Assembly: GCF_006345805.1 (NCBI RefSeq)
Contig: NC_043003.1
Span: 29,884,001 to 29,948,000, forward strand
Length of the DNA: 64,000 nt
Reading direction: 5' to 3'
Source: Octopus sinensis
Taxonomy: Eukaryota
Every line of letters begins with the position of its first letter. Positions within the stretch are counted from its first letter, which is position 1. The notes under the pieces are model-generated. The model worked only from the letters and a program-made list of their open reading frames with translations, did not search any database and had not been told where the DNA came from. Positions 52,777 to 63,394 of this stretch are shown piece after piece. Position numbers and translations under genes: made by a program.

Positions 52777-53720
52777 TGTAGCGGACTCTCTCTCTCTCTC
52801 TTTCTCTGTTATATATACATGAATACGGACGTAGTAGATAACAGCTAGCCTTCGGCTACTTGGAACCTGTTGTATCCACTACTCTGATTGGTTGGTATTG
52901 GCGCAGTTTGTCTCTTGCTCTGTTACACGCCAATGTGCAACCCAACCAATCGCAGCTTTCTGATAAGGTCACGTGAGACAGTCTTTTCTAAACCTCAGTT
53001 GCGCCGATTGAATGGTATAAAAAAGCTAGTTTCAACACCGTATTTCATCTTTCGGTTAGTCTAGACCTTCTAAGGTCTAACCACTGACCACAGAGCACAC
53101 AGCCAGTTCCAGCGACAACACCAGCAGCCACATTGGAGACTCAACATTCATCCAACAGCATACAGCAATCTCCATCTCCGTCATCAACATCTCTACATAC
53201 ACCGCAACCAGCAACCGTCGCACAGGTTTTATCTCAACACTGTTCGTGAATTACTTCACCATGGTTAACAGCTAATACAACCTGCGAGATGTGTATCAAG
53301 TAACCGGCACTGCATAGTAGCCACAGTTTCCCGCACGCCTTGTGCCTCAATCGGCTCTGCTTCTTCGCCACAACTTCTTGTTACAGGACTTCAACTATCG
53401 CGTACCTTGACTACGAACTGGTATTTATTCATCCTTGTGTCTGAGCATTCTTCTAGCGGTCCTATTATGGACTCTTTCTATGCTCTGTATTTTAATGCAC
53501 ACACATACACATGATGTATACATGACGGCCTGTCTATTGTTATTATTATATATGTACTTATGACGCACACACAAACACACACGTTAATTTATCAATAAAA
53601 TCTTCTCTTAACATTCTATCGGTTGTGTCGTCTCTTTTCCTTCTGGCACTGATACACATTTATTCTTTTCGCATCTCTTGTAAACGACCGTGCGGTGTAT
53701 TAAAGGAGCTGATAGACGGA
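52777..53720 (+). mobile_element. possible solo LTR / promoter-bearing repeat
   Basis: Starts TGTAGCGG; CCAAT boxes, GGTCACGTGA E-box, TATAAAA at 53016, AATAAA at 53594; right end and TSD not found. Confidence 0.5.
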
Positions 53721-53897
53721 CACTGTCTTTATTTAACGTAAAACAATACGCTTAAATAAGAATATAAGAAATAAACTTGACTTCTCTCACAAACGAGAAT
53801 ACTAAAAATGAACGCGACCCCTCTCAAAAATTAAGTAAAAAGAAAATGGAAAAAATAATCCAGTATCCTTGTCCGGTACCTGATCGATCCGACGGAC

Positions 53898-55140
53898 ATG
53901 GCGGACCATTGCCATACCCCCATTCCACACCCCCTTTTTTAAAAAAAGAAACCCACATTTTCGGCTACGGAGATTCCGAATCTGTAAAAAAATTTACATT
54001 TCAAAATCTATTTATATAAAAGTGAGGTTGTGTGGTGCCTGTCTCCTACGATTTAGATTCCTTACTCCCACATTTTGCGGTGCAGTTTAACCAAAAGCGG
54101 GTATCTTATAGTCGTGATTCATATCGAGCCCTTCTGAGTATTAGCGCGCTTCTACGATGAGTCTACGATTTTAAAAAAAAATTACCATAATTTTTCCGCA
54201 TTTTTAATGCATTTTCGCTCGGTTTATATAAGGGAAGTAACTCTCTAAAAATGTATTATTAAATCTCAGAACGTAAAAAGCTACAGTAACAACCCCCTCG
54301 TTGTGGTTAGCCATATTGAGATGGCTATTATACTTTACATCTCTAAAAATGCTTATATAGTTATTTCCCTTACAAACCCGAGCAACGCCGGGCGATACTG
54401 CTAGTTTAATATAAAACAACGCGTCTTAATCGTTGGACAGCAGTGATTAACCTATTAGATGGCGAGCAATAAAGTTTGAATAAAAGCCTTCTTTGAACTG
54501 GTTTATGACATTTTGCTGGTCGGGAATTAAAAGTAAACATGAACCAATGTATGTGTTAAAATTACTTTAAAAAACCACCCTCGATTCAATGATACAAACT
54601 TCCTGCTTTAAAATAGGTAGACATAAAAAATTCGGGAAGGTTATGAAAAACTAAGTCGGAGGTGGGGCATCAAACAGTAGATCCGTCTGCAATACTAAAA
54701 ACCGGGGTTAATGTTTACAACGGGTCGGATTATTCAAAAGCTTGACAGAAAACTTTCTATTATCAATCTCTACGTTATATTAAATATTTATTTTCATTCA
54801 TTATTTACCTTCAATATGTGTTGGGTACTGAAATGTTTCTAGCTTTGTGTAACAGAAAATACAGGAGAATCGGTTAATTATTCTAAAGTTTTCAAACTTT
54901 TAGTTTCCCCACACACCCGCCTACTTTTAACTTTTATGTGGGGGTTACACATCTAAAGATACAGAGATTACAATCTTGAAAAAAAAAATCCACTTTCATT
55001 TCGTGTTCATAAAACGAAAAATACCAAGAAAACACTTTAATAGCTTTTATTTGTTTTGGAGATGGATACTGATGTTCAATATTTTCTTAAAAGTTTTTTT
55101 ACAAAGATAAATCCGTTCGAACGAAAAAAATGTTAAGGGA
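53898..55140. repeat. non-coding block B, paralogue of block A, interrupted by a Helitron and the Gypsy element
   Basis: Colinear with 47594-49105; homology resumes after the Gypsy (aagtgaaaatcaa). Confidence 0.88.
54007..54404 (+). mobile_element. non-autonomous Helitron, copy 2
   Basis: A|TC...CTAG|T; empty site ttcaaaa|tttatataaaac visible at 47701-47720. Confidence 0.92.
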
Positions 55141-55433
55141 TGTGGGATGACGTCAGCAGCCGGACGTCAGCAGCGGGGTGCGTTGACCGGAAGCTGGGGC
55201 AAGCGGAAGGGGTCAGCTGTCAAGCGTGCGTAGGGGGTGGAAATTGACTTTTCCAACGTGGGTCGTGCTGGGGACAAGACGTGCGAGGACGTCGCTAAAG
55301 GGTTTGGGGCCAGCAGCTGCTATCGTTAGTGTTCGGGTAGGGGCTGTGAGGAAGGACCAGTCATCTCTGGAGGATCTCCGTCACCGCGAAGAGAAGGTAG
55401 GTGCCTCTATATTCAAATCGCACACTCACTACA
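55141..55433 (+). repeat. 5' LTR (293 bp)
   Basis: Identical by eye to the 3' LTR except for one extra 14-bp repeat gacgtcagcagccg. Confidence 0.95.
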
Positions 55434-55445
55434 AGCTATTTCGGC
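55434..55445 (+). promoter_or_regulatory. atypical primer-binding site AGCTATTTCGGC, complementary to the 5' 12 nt of tRNA-Phe
   Basis: Flush with the LTR end; reverse complement GCCGAAATAGCT equals the start of metazoan tRNA-Phe(GAA); no TGG. Confidence 0.75.
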
Positions 55446-55478
55446 AGTTCGTAAACATTCTCATTTTTTTTCAACACG

Positions 55479-56241
55479 ATGTCTGCAAAAATTAGGATCG
55501 CCAGTGACGTCGTCAGACCTTTTAACGGCGAAGGCGATGTAGTGGCCTGGATTCGGAAAATCAGGCTGGTGGCGAGACTGCAGGGCATAAGCGACGTGGC
55601 GAGTCTTATGGCGCTGTATTTGGAAGGGAGTGCGTTGTCGCTTTACCTAGAGATGGATGAAGAGGAACGGCTCTGCGATGAGAATATAGAGCGGCGCTTG
55701 TGTGACGCATACACGGAATGCGAGTACACAGCTTTCGCTAGGCTAGGTGCAATCAGGTGGACGGGAGGCCAGGTGGATGATTTTGCATCGGAAGCTAGAA
55801 GGCTAGCGACTCTGCCGGGTTTGCCGGAGAAGGACTGGAGAGAGCAGCCCGACTGGCGTTCGTGAATGGGTTCCCCGACGATGTAGGGATTCACCTACAA
55901 CGACTGCCCGGGGTCAAAAAGATGCCATTGAGCGAACTTGTAGCTCATGCTCGGCGTTGACGAGACACTCTGGGCGGAAGGCGATAGCGATGGCTGTGAC
56001 GGAGGCGCGTAAAGACGGACGACGTCCCGAGAAAGAGGTACAGAAGCTCACCGTGCAACGAGAGCGGCCGTTCTCAGGACGGTGTTTTAGATGCCAGGGA
56101 CCGCACATGGCGCGGGACTGTACGCAGCCGGGGCCCGTTTGCTATCGATGCAGGTAGACAGGGCACATTGCCCGTGATTGCGGCCAGGGAAACGACCGCG
56201 GGGAAGTTGCTGCCTCTCGAACTTTCCCCTCAAACGAGTAG
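55479..56241 (+). pseudogene. gag: Gypsy gag with two zinc knuckles (two frameshifts, one stop)
   Basis: PFNGEGDVVAWIRK; CFRCQGPHMARDC and CYRCR*TGHIARDC. Confidence 0.88.
56187..56232 (+). promoter_or_regulatory. -1 programmed ribosomal frameshift signal
   Basis: G GGA AAC slippery heptamer in gag phase, pol in the -1 frame, downstream stem ggggaagtt/aactttcccc. Confidence 0.8.
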
Positions 56242-59053
56242 AGGCGCTATTGGAGACGCTGCCATTGATTGACGTGGAGGCCGAGGGGGAGACGTTCGAG
56301 GCCCTTGTGGATACGGGCTGTACGACCACCCTGGTGACTTCGAGGGTGACGAAGGAATGGAACGGGGTGTGTAGTGTCCGGGCGGTCGACGGCAGCGAAA
56401 TCCGTTGCAGAGGCAGCAGCAAGGTAGAGATAGTGGTGCGCGGCGCGACGCTAAGGCTACAGGCAATTGTGGCCGAACGCGTGATAAATGGAGTTGATGT
56501 GGTGATGGGGATGGACGCCATCAACTGCCTCGGTGGCGTCAGTGTTGTGGGAAATGAGGTCACGTTCGGAAGCGTGGGGGCGTCGTGCACTGCGAGTCAG
56601 GATCGCCAGAGGAAGCAGAGCCCCGCGAGGGACTGCGCCGCTTACACCATCGAGGACAAAGACTTTCAGGCGGCGTTCGATGGTCAGCGGTGGACGATAG
56701 AGTGGAAATGGAAGGACGAGCCCCCGACACTGGAGAACAGGGTGAGCTGTTACCAGCATACACTGAAAGGCCACGCCAGGATTGAGTTTGAAGACGAGGT
56801 GGAGAGGTGGATCGAGGAAGGGGTCCTTGTCCCTTGGAAGGAGGAGGTAGCGGGCGGAGTGCTACCCCTGATGGCGGTGGTGCAGCCTACGAAGGGAAAA
56901 GTCAGACCGGTGCTGGACTTCAGGGAGCTAAACCAGCACATATCGTGTCACACGGGAGGTGAGGCGACAGACGTTTGTGGTGAGGCATTACGTAAGTGGA
57001 GACAGTCGACTGAGGCAGCGACGATTGTCGACTTGAGATCGGCATACTTGCAGCTCCATGTGAGCGACAAACTATGGCGATATCAGCTGGTGCGGTACAA
57101 GGGCTGGACGTACTGTCTAACCAGGCTGGGTTTCGGGCTGAATTCCGCTCCGAAGATCATGGCGGCAGTGCTTAGGTCCGTCCTAGGGAAAGACGGCAAG
57201 ATTAGAAAGGCCACCAGCTCCTACATTGACGACATTTTGGTGGACGAAACTGTAGTGCCAGCCGACGAGGTAGTTAGACATCTGGAGAAGTTCGGACTGA
57301 TTGCTAAGCCACCGGAGTCGATTGAAGGGGGAGCCGCGCTGGGGCTGAAGCTGCGAAGAGATAGATCAGGTGAATTGGTGTTCCGGAGAGGAAATGAAAT
57401 CCCAGAGCTGAGTTCCAGCGTCAGCAGGAGAGAGCTGTTCTCGGTGTGTGGGAAGTTGGTCGGTCACTACCCGATCGCTGGATGGCTGCGCACGGCGTGT
57501 AGTTACACCAAGAGATGAGCAGAAGGAGAGAGGTGGGGCGACAAGGTGGGAGAAGGGACGGTGGCGATGATGCAGGAGATCCTAGAGAGGACAAGAGCGG
57601 AAGACCCGGGGGGAACTGGTACGTGCCCAAGACGAAATGCGGGACCGTCAGGTGTGATGCTAGCAGTATAGCGATAGGGGTGGTGTTGGCAATCGAAGGC
57701 ACTGCGGTGGAGGACGCGGCCTGGCTTCGGAAAGCAGATGATTTCAACCACATCAATGTCGCCGAATTAGACGCGCTGCTGAAAGGGGTGAACTTGGCCT
57801 TGAAATGGGGGCTGCGCACGATTGAAATGCGGACGGATTCGGCCACTGTGCTTGGCTGGGTAGGATCGGTGATCACCGGTGACAGGAGAGTGCAGACGAA
57901 AGGTGCTGCGGAGATGTTAGTGAAGCGCGGTCTAGGAGTTCTAGGTGAATTGATCGCCGAATTCGGACTGAAGCTGAACGTGGTTTTCGTGCCTTCGGAG
58001 AAAAACAAGGCGGACGTACTGACCAGGGTGAAAAGGGCGTGGTTGGAAGAACCGGAGGAGGCCCAGAAAGGGATAGCTGCGGCGTGTCGGTTGGATGACT
58101 CTGAACTGAAGAAACTGCACGCTATGCATCACCTGGGTGTGGACAGGACCCTGTATCTGGCAAAAAAAATTGATGCTGACGTCACCAGGAGAAGCGTCCG
58201 GGAGGTGGTCGGGAGCTGCGACAGGTGTCAGTCCATCGACCCTGCTCCGAGTGGGCATGAGCAGGGAAGCCTTTCCGTGGAGCAGAACTGGAAAAGGCTA
58301 GCTGTGGATGTGACACACTACCGTCAGCGAATGTACCTCTCCATGGTCGACTGTGGGCCGGGCCGGCTGGCCATTTGGAGGGAGTTGAGATCAGGCATTG
58401 CTGACGAGATCGTGCAGATCCTGAACGGGATATTTTTAGAGAGAGGTCCCGTGGAAGAACTACTGATGGACAACGGGGCGGCGTTTCGTTCGGAAGCATT
58501 GAGGGTTATGCTTGATCGGTGGAACGTGCGACGCTTGTTCAGAGCAGCGTATAGGCCGGGCGGTAACGGGATCGTGGAGAGGCACCATCGGACAGTCAAG
58601 GCCATAGCGGAAAGAGGGCACATTTCGCCGCTTGAAGCAGTTTTTTGGTACAACTTGTCTCCCCGATCCGGACAAGCTGAGGAATCTGTGCCGCAGAGAG
58701 CTGTGTTCAAATATGAATGGAGGCACCCGAGCAAAGCGCCGGAGGGTCACGAGGAAGAGAAGGGACCCGTTCGCGTGAAAATAGGGGAGGAAGTCTGGGT
58801 CAAGCCACCGAAGGCGCGCTGTACGTCTCAATGGAGCAGAGGAACGGTGACGGCGATCAATTCCAGAAGCAACGTATCCGTAGATGGCACACCACGACAT
58901 GTCTTGGACCTTCGCAGGATTGTTGCTTCGACGGACGATGATTCGGGAGAGGGGGAGAATGAGGAGCCCAGCTTGAGAAGATCTCGACGAGCAAGGCGCT
59001 CTCCCGGTTGGATGGTAGACTACAACATGGAGCGGAGAGATTGTGATCTTTAA
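56187..59053 (+). pseudogene. pol: Gypsy pol (protease, RT, RNase H, integrase), interrupted at about 57516-57610
   Basis: ALVDTG, RPVLDFRELN, YIDDIL, CDASS..AEL..TDS, HHCC, D-D(35)E (VDVT, MDNG, IVER). Confidence 0.93.
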
Positions 59054-59066
59054 GATCAGGGTGGCG

Positions 59067-59345
59067 TGTGGGATGACGTCAGCAGCGGGGTGCGTTGACC
59101 GGAAGCTGGGGCAAGCGGAAGGGGTCAGCTGTCAAGCGTGCGTAGGGGGTGGAAATTGACTTTTCCAACGTGGGTCGTGCTGGGGACAAGACGTGCGAGG
59201 ACGTCGCTAAAGGGTTTGGGGCCAGCAGCTGCTATCGTTAGTGTTCGGGTAGGGGCTGTGAGGAAGGACCAGTCATCTCTGGAGGATCTCCGTCACCGCG
59301 AAGAGAAGGTAGGTGCCTCTATATTCAAATCGCACACTCACTACA
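59067..59345 (+). repeat. 3' LTR (279 bp)
   Basis: Direct repeat of the 5' LTR, preceded by a weak purine tract agggtggcg. Confidence 0.95.
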
Positions 59346-59363
59346 AGGGAAAGTGAAAATCAA

Positions 59364-59848
59364 GTGGGGAGAGGACTTCGGAAAATTCACCAGGTCCGAG
59401 CTTTTCCCTAATAACTTTTAGGAAAATGGGATTTTTTTCAATGAAATTTTATAGAAATACCTTTCAAACGGCATACATTACGAATATAAAGAAATTTGTG
59501 GGGGAATTCTTGAGGTGAGGAGGGCACTTTCGGAAAATTCCCAAGATCCGAATTTTTCCTCGTTCTATTCCGAAATCACATTTAACTATCTACAGATACC
59601 CTAGCGTATGTGTTTAAATCTACCCACTTTCAATCATTTTTAATGTTTTCGCTTCAGTCTTATTTCATTTTCAATTATTTATACGCTCTTTTAACACTTC
59701 ATCGTTATTCTCATTCACTCATTACTTTCTCTGTATCTATCTATCTATATATATATTATATAAATACATATATCATATACATACACAAATATATATGTCA
59801 TGAAGGAAAAACTTGGATCTTGTGAATTTTCCGAAGTCCTCTCCCCAC
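59364..59848. mobile_element. inverted-repeat element (MITE-like), arms about 45 bp
   Basis: gtggggagaggacttcggaaaattcac / gtgaattttccgaagtcctctccccac; a third diverged arm copy at about 59520. Confidence 0.7.
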
Positions 59849-60159
59849 CCTCCCGTTGCTTTGCACGCATTTTTTTTCATATTCGTTTCCTACACATTGT
59901 TTTACACCCATCCCAGTATTTTTTCTTTTTTCTTTTCTTTTTTTTTTATTATTGATTTTCATTTCCGGTTCAAGATATAAACATTAACCAAAAGTTTTTT
60001 AAAAAAATGCATTTTTCAAGGTGAGGTGCGAAACTGCATTAGCCCCATTTCAGTCAAGCTGTTGAAACGTGAAGCTAACGGTTTAAGAAATACTCCTAAT
60101 TGGCAAAATTACAGTATGAGTACCGTTACTGTCACACACACACATACATGCAGACATAC

Positions 60160-61115
60160 ATATACACATACATCGAGTAAAAAATTCCAGTTATCTCTTT
60201 CTTTCACACATACTAACAGAAGCACTTCACTTACACAACATACTGTCTCCCACACCCCATCAAACACACACACACACACACATGTACATCAATGCTTCCC
60301 CTGGACGGTAACTTCAAAAGAACTTCCCTCGTCATACAATCGCTTTCTCTTAGTCTCTTTCGCTCTCATTACTTATGTAAAAAAATTTGGTAATCTTTCG
60401 TTTTAACTCGAAATAATGTAAACACTGAAACGGCCATACATACACACACATAGATACATATACACACACATACATGCATACATACATATACACATACATG
60501 CATACACACGCACGCACTATAAAAACCGAGTAAAAAATTTCAGTTATCTCTCTCTTTCACACATTACTCTCTCTGTCTCTTCACACACACTAACAGAAGC
60601 ACTTCACTTACACAACATACTTTCTGTTTCCCATACCCCATCAAACACACACATGTACATCAATGCTTCCCATGCACGGTAACTTCAAAAGAACTTCCCT
60701 CGTCATACAATCGCTTTCTCTTAGTCTCTTTCGCTCTCATACTTATGTAAAAAAATTTGGTAATCTTTCGTTTTAACTCGAAATAATGTAAACACTGAAA
60801 CGGCCATACATACACACACATAGATACATATACACACACATACATGCATACATACATATACACATACATGCATACACACGCACGCACTATAAAAACCGAG
60901 TAAAAAATTTCAGTTATCTCTCTCTTTCACACATTACTCTCTCTGTCTCTTCACACACACTAACAGAAGCACTTCACTTACACAACATACTTTCTGTTTC
61001 CCATACCCCATCAAACACACACATGTACATCAATGCTTCCCATGCACGGTAACTTCAAAAGAACTTCCCTCGTCATACAATTGCTTTCTCTTAGTCTCTT
61101 TCGCTCTCATTACTT
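60160..61115. repeat. ~370-bp tandem repeat, about 2.6 copies
   Basis: caatgcttccc at 60290, 60661 and 61031; copies nearly identical. Confidence 0.9.
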
Positions 61116-61954
61116 CAAAAGTTCCCGCAAGCCCATATGCAAAAAAATAAAAGTTTTTTTACGGAAATCGACGGAAAAGTATACTAGAACCGTAAGATTG
61201 CCGAATAGGCATTAAATAAAAGAACTAGAAATCTAAACTTAAAATATTTTATTATTTTCAGTACAGAAAATTATCAAATTAATTCAACACTGTTCATGGT
61301 CAATTAATATTTTTGCAGGTGTCAATTGAATAATTGCAAAGAAAAAATGGGAATGAAGGGGGGGGGGGTAGACGAGGAAGTATAGAAACAAAAATATTAC
61401 TTTAGTTTCATAGTGAAATTGATGGAAGAGGAGAATCTGTTGAGTGGATTAGGAAAAAGTGATTTACATAGAGTTGTAATATTAAATGAAGTATAGACGA
61501 TGAAATAGTTGTAATAACTTCAGAATGAGATGCTATAAATTTTTGTGAGTTCAGGTTTGCTGTGATGTAGAACGAGGGAGGGAGGTGATCTACATATATA
61601 TGAGCAACATTATAGTTCAAAGCATATTTTGTCGTTGTAAACGATTCGGATATATGAAATGTTTTTTTTTTTTTTTTTTTTTTTTTTCGTAATGACAGTA
61701 AACATCTATATATTAAAGTAGGGAAATAACGAAAAGCCTAAAGGGAAGAAAGAGAAAGGAAATAATATATAAACTGGAACAGAAATATCAGGGAGGTGAA
61801 AGGCACAAGAATGTAAAAACAGCGGATGAAAAATTATAAATGTATCCGAAACAATTCTTCACAAAATCAAAATTTGTAAAACTAACAAATCGATGCTTAG
61901 TAATCATTTAAAAATAACAGAAAAGACAAAAGGGTGAATAAAAAATTCAAATCC

Positions 61955-63394
61955 CTAAAACATGCTATTGATGCTAGGGCCCTCAATAGCATATACTCTT
62001 GTTGTGACGTATTTACCTTCCTTCTGTATTTCACGGAACTTTGCGAAGCCTTCATAATTCTTGTGGAGCAGATATTGGTCGAGAGTAAGAGCAAATTTCT
62101 CTTCTGGCCACTTGGCTCTCCATATGCATAGGACCCGGAAAGTACGTAGCCAACGGCAGTTGGCAAATTTCCTTTCTAACTCTATATTGTGATCTCTAAG
62201 ACTGTGTAACATATCTCCTTTCCACATGCGATTTGAATCAACGACCCGAATCAGATTAATTAAATATTGATCAGTAAACAGTCTCTCATCATATTGAACG
62301 TTACATTTGGTGTGTGCTGTGAGATTTCGTTTCACCGGTAGAAAACAATTTATAAGTCTGTGTGAGAACAATTGTCTCAGCTTTTCCTCCCAGCTTCTTA
62401 TCTCCTGGTCCTCTTTAGAATCCATGAGATAGCCCTTTACGGTAGAATATATTTTGATTAATTTAAACAAAGGGTATTCGACGAATTTTGGTGTTTCGGT
62501 TGGATATTCAGGAAAACGTTTCTTTTTAGTAGAGCTCTGTTTCTCATCAGAAGTAGAACTCTGTTCATTATCTGGGGAAAGAGTTTCTTGATTTGTCGAT
62601 GTTACTTCATTTTTCTTTGGTGAATTTTCATTTATGATCTTATAAGTGTAGTGTTTAGTTGCATGTTCTTCGAATGCTTTCAGTTTTTCCTCATAATCCC
62701 TTTTTTTCTTTACTCTTGTAAAGTAGTCATCGATATCATCCAAACAGAGAATGTGTTTATAGCGTTCCAATTTAGTTTTCTGCTTTATAATCTCTTCGAA
62801 CAATGCCAAACAATCGCCTTTCCTTTTATTGAACTCCTCTAATAACCATCTCATGAAGTGATCTTCATATTTATCACGAAAAGTACAATCCATAGTGTAT
62901 TCGTAAGTTTCTTTCTTTATACGTGCCTTCAAAGTTTTTTGGGCTCCGCGTGGACAGCCAAATATATTGAAAGGCCATGACGACAGCTTTAAAACTTCTC
63001 GTACTCTTCGGTAAAATCTAAAATCAGTTTCATTTGGATTCAAAGCGAGATAATTACAGATAAATTCGTAAATTGCATCATGAAACATCGAATCTGCCTT
63101 TCTATCGTAATCGATATGAAATATCCCAGTAAAACTATTCACTGCCAGTTCAGAAAATCCAAGCGTATATCCTAATCTAAAAGCAACATCACGATCGTTA
63201 ATGCTGTCTGCCCACTTCCGTATATTTTCGTGCGTGAAGAAACCTTTGTATTCTGTGCAATTCATGGCAATAACAACATCTTCCTGTTCCACAGGACTTT
63301 CCCAAAACTTTATTCGGTATTTTTCCGCATCCTCAAGAGTTGGCCCTTTTGCATTCTCATCGTTTGGCCCAGACCACGTCTCTTGTACTTCCAT
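61955..63394 (-). CDS. uninterrupted ORF, 479 aa, putative N- and C-terminal death-fold domains with a charged coiled-coil linker
   Basis: 1440-nt open frame, start context aaaATGG, upstream acceptor tccctttag; ungapped similarity to the 49529 ORF; TFRVLCIWRAK resembles a death-domain helix; fold is inferred. Confidence 0.78.
   Translation of the reverse strand: MEVQETWSGPNDENAKGPTLEDAEKYRIKFWESPVEQEDVVIAMNCTEYKGFFTHENIRKWADSINDRDVAFRLGYTLGFSELAVNSFTGIFHIDYDRKADSMFHDAIYEFICNYLALNPNETDFRFYRRVREVLKLSSWPFNIFGCPRGAQKTLKARIKKETYEYTMDCTFRDKYEDHFMRWLLEEFNKRKGDCLALFEEIIKQKTKLERYKHILCLDDIDDYFTRVKKKRDYEEKLKAFEEHATKHYTYKIINENSPKKNEVTSTNQETLSPDNEQSSTSDEKQSSTKKKRFPEYPTETPKFVEYPLFKLIKIYSTVKGYLMDSKEDQEIRSWEEKLRQLFSHRLINCFLPVKRNLTAHTKCNVQYDERLFTDQYLINLIRVVDSNRMWKGDMLHSLRDHNIELERKFANCRWLRTFRVLCIWRAKWPEEKFALTLDQYLLHKNYEGFAKFREIQKEGKYVTTRVYAIEGPSINSMF

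Larger units (their letters stand above)
55141..59345 (+). mobile_element. full-length Ty3/Gypsy LTR retrotransposon (4.2 kb), coding-defective
   Basis: TGT..ACA LTRs, 5-bp TSD aggga, gag then PR-RT-RNaseH-IN order. Confidence 0.96.

Noticed and set aside
55226-55495. ORF in the LTRs (also 59138-59356)
   Set aside because: GTG-started, lies in G-rich LTR sequence, no recognisable motif.
55141-59345. Bacterial or viral contamination suggested by the GC jump
   Set aside because: Fully explained by an LTR retrotransposon with a TSD and a paralogous empty site.
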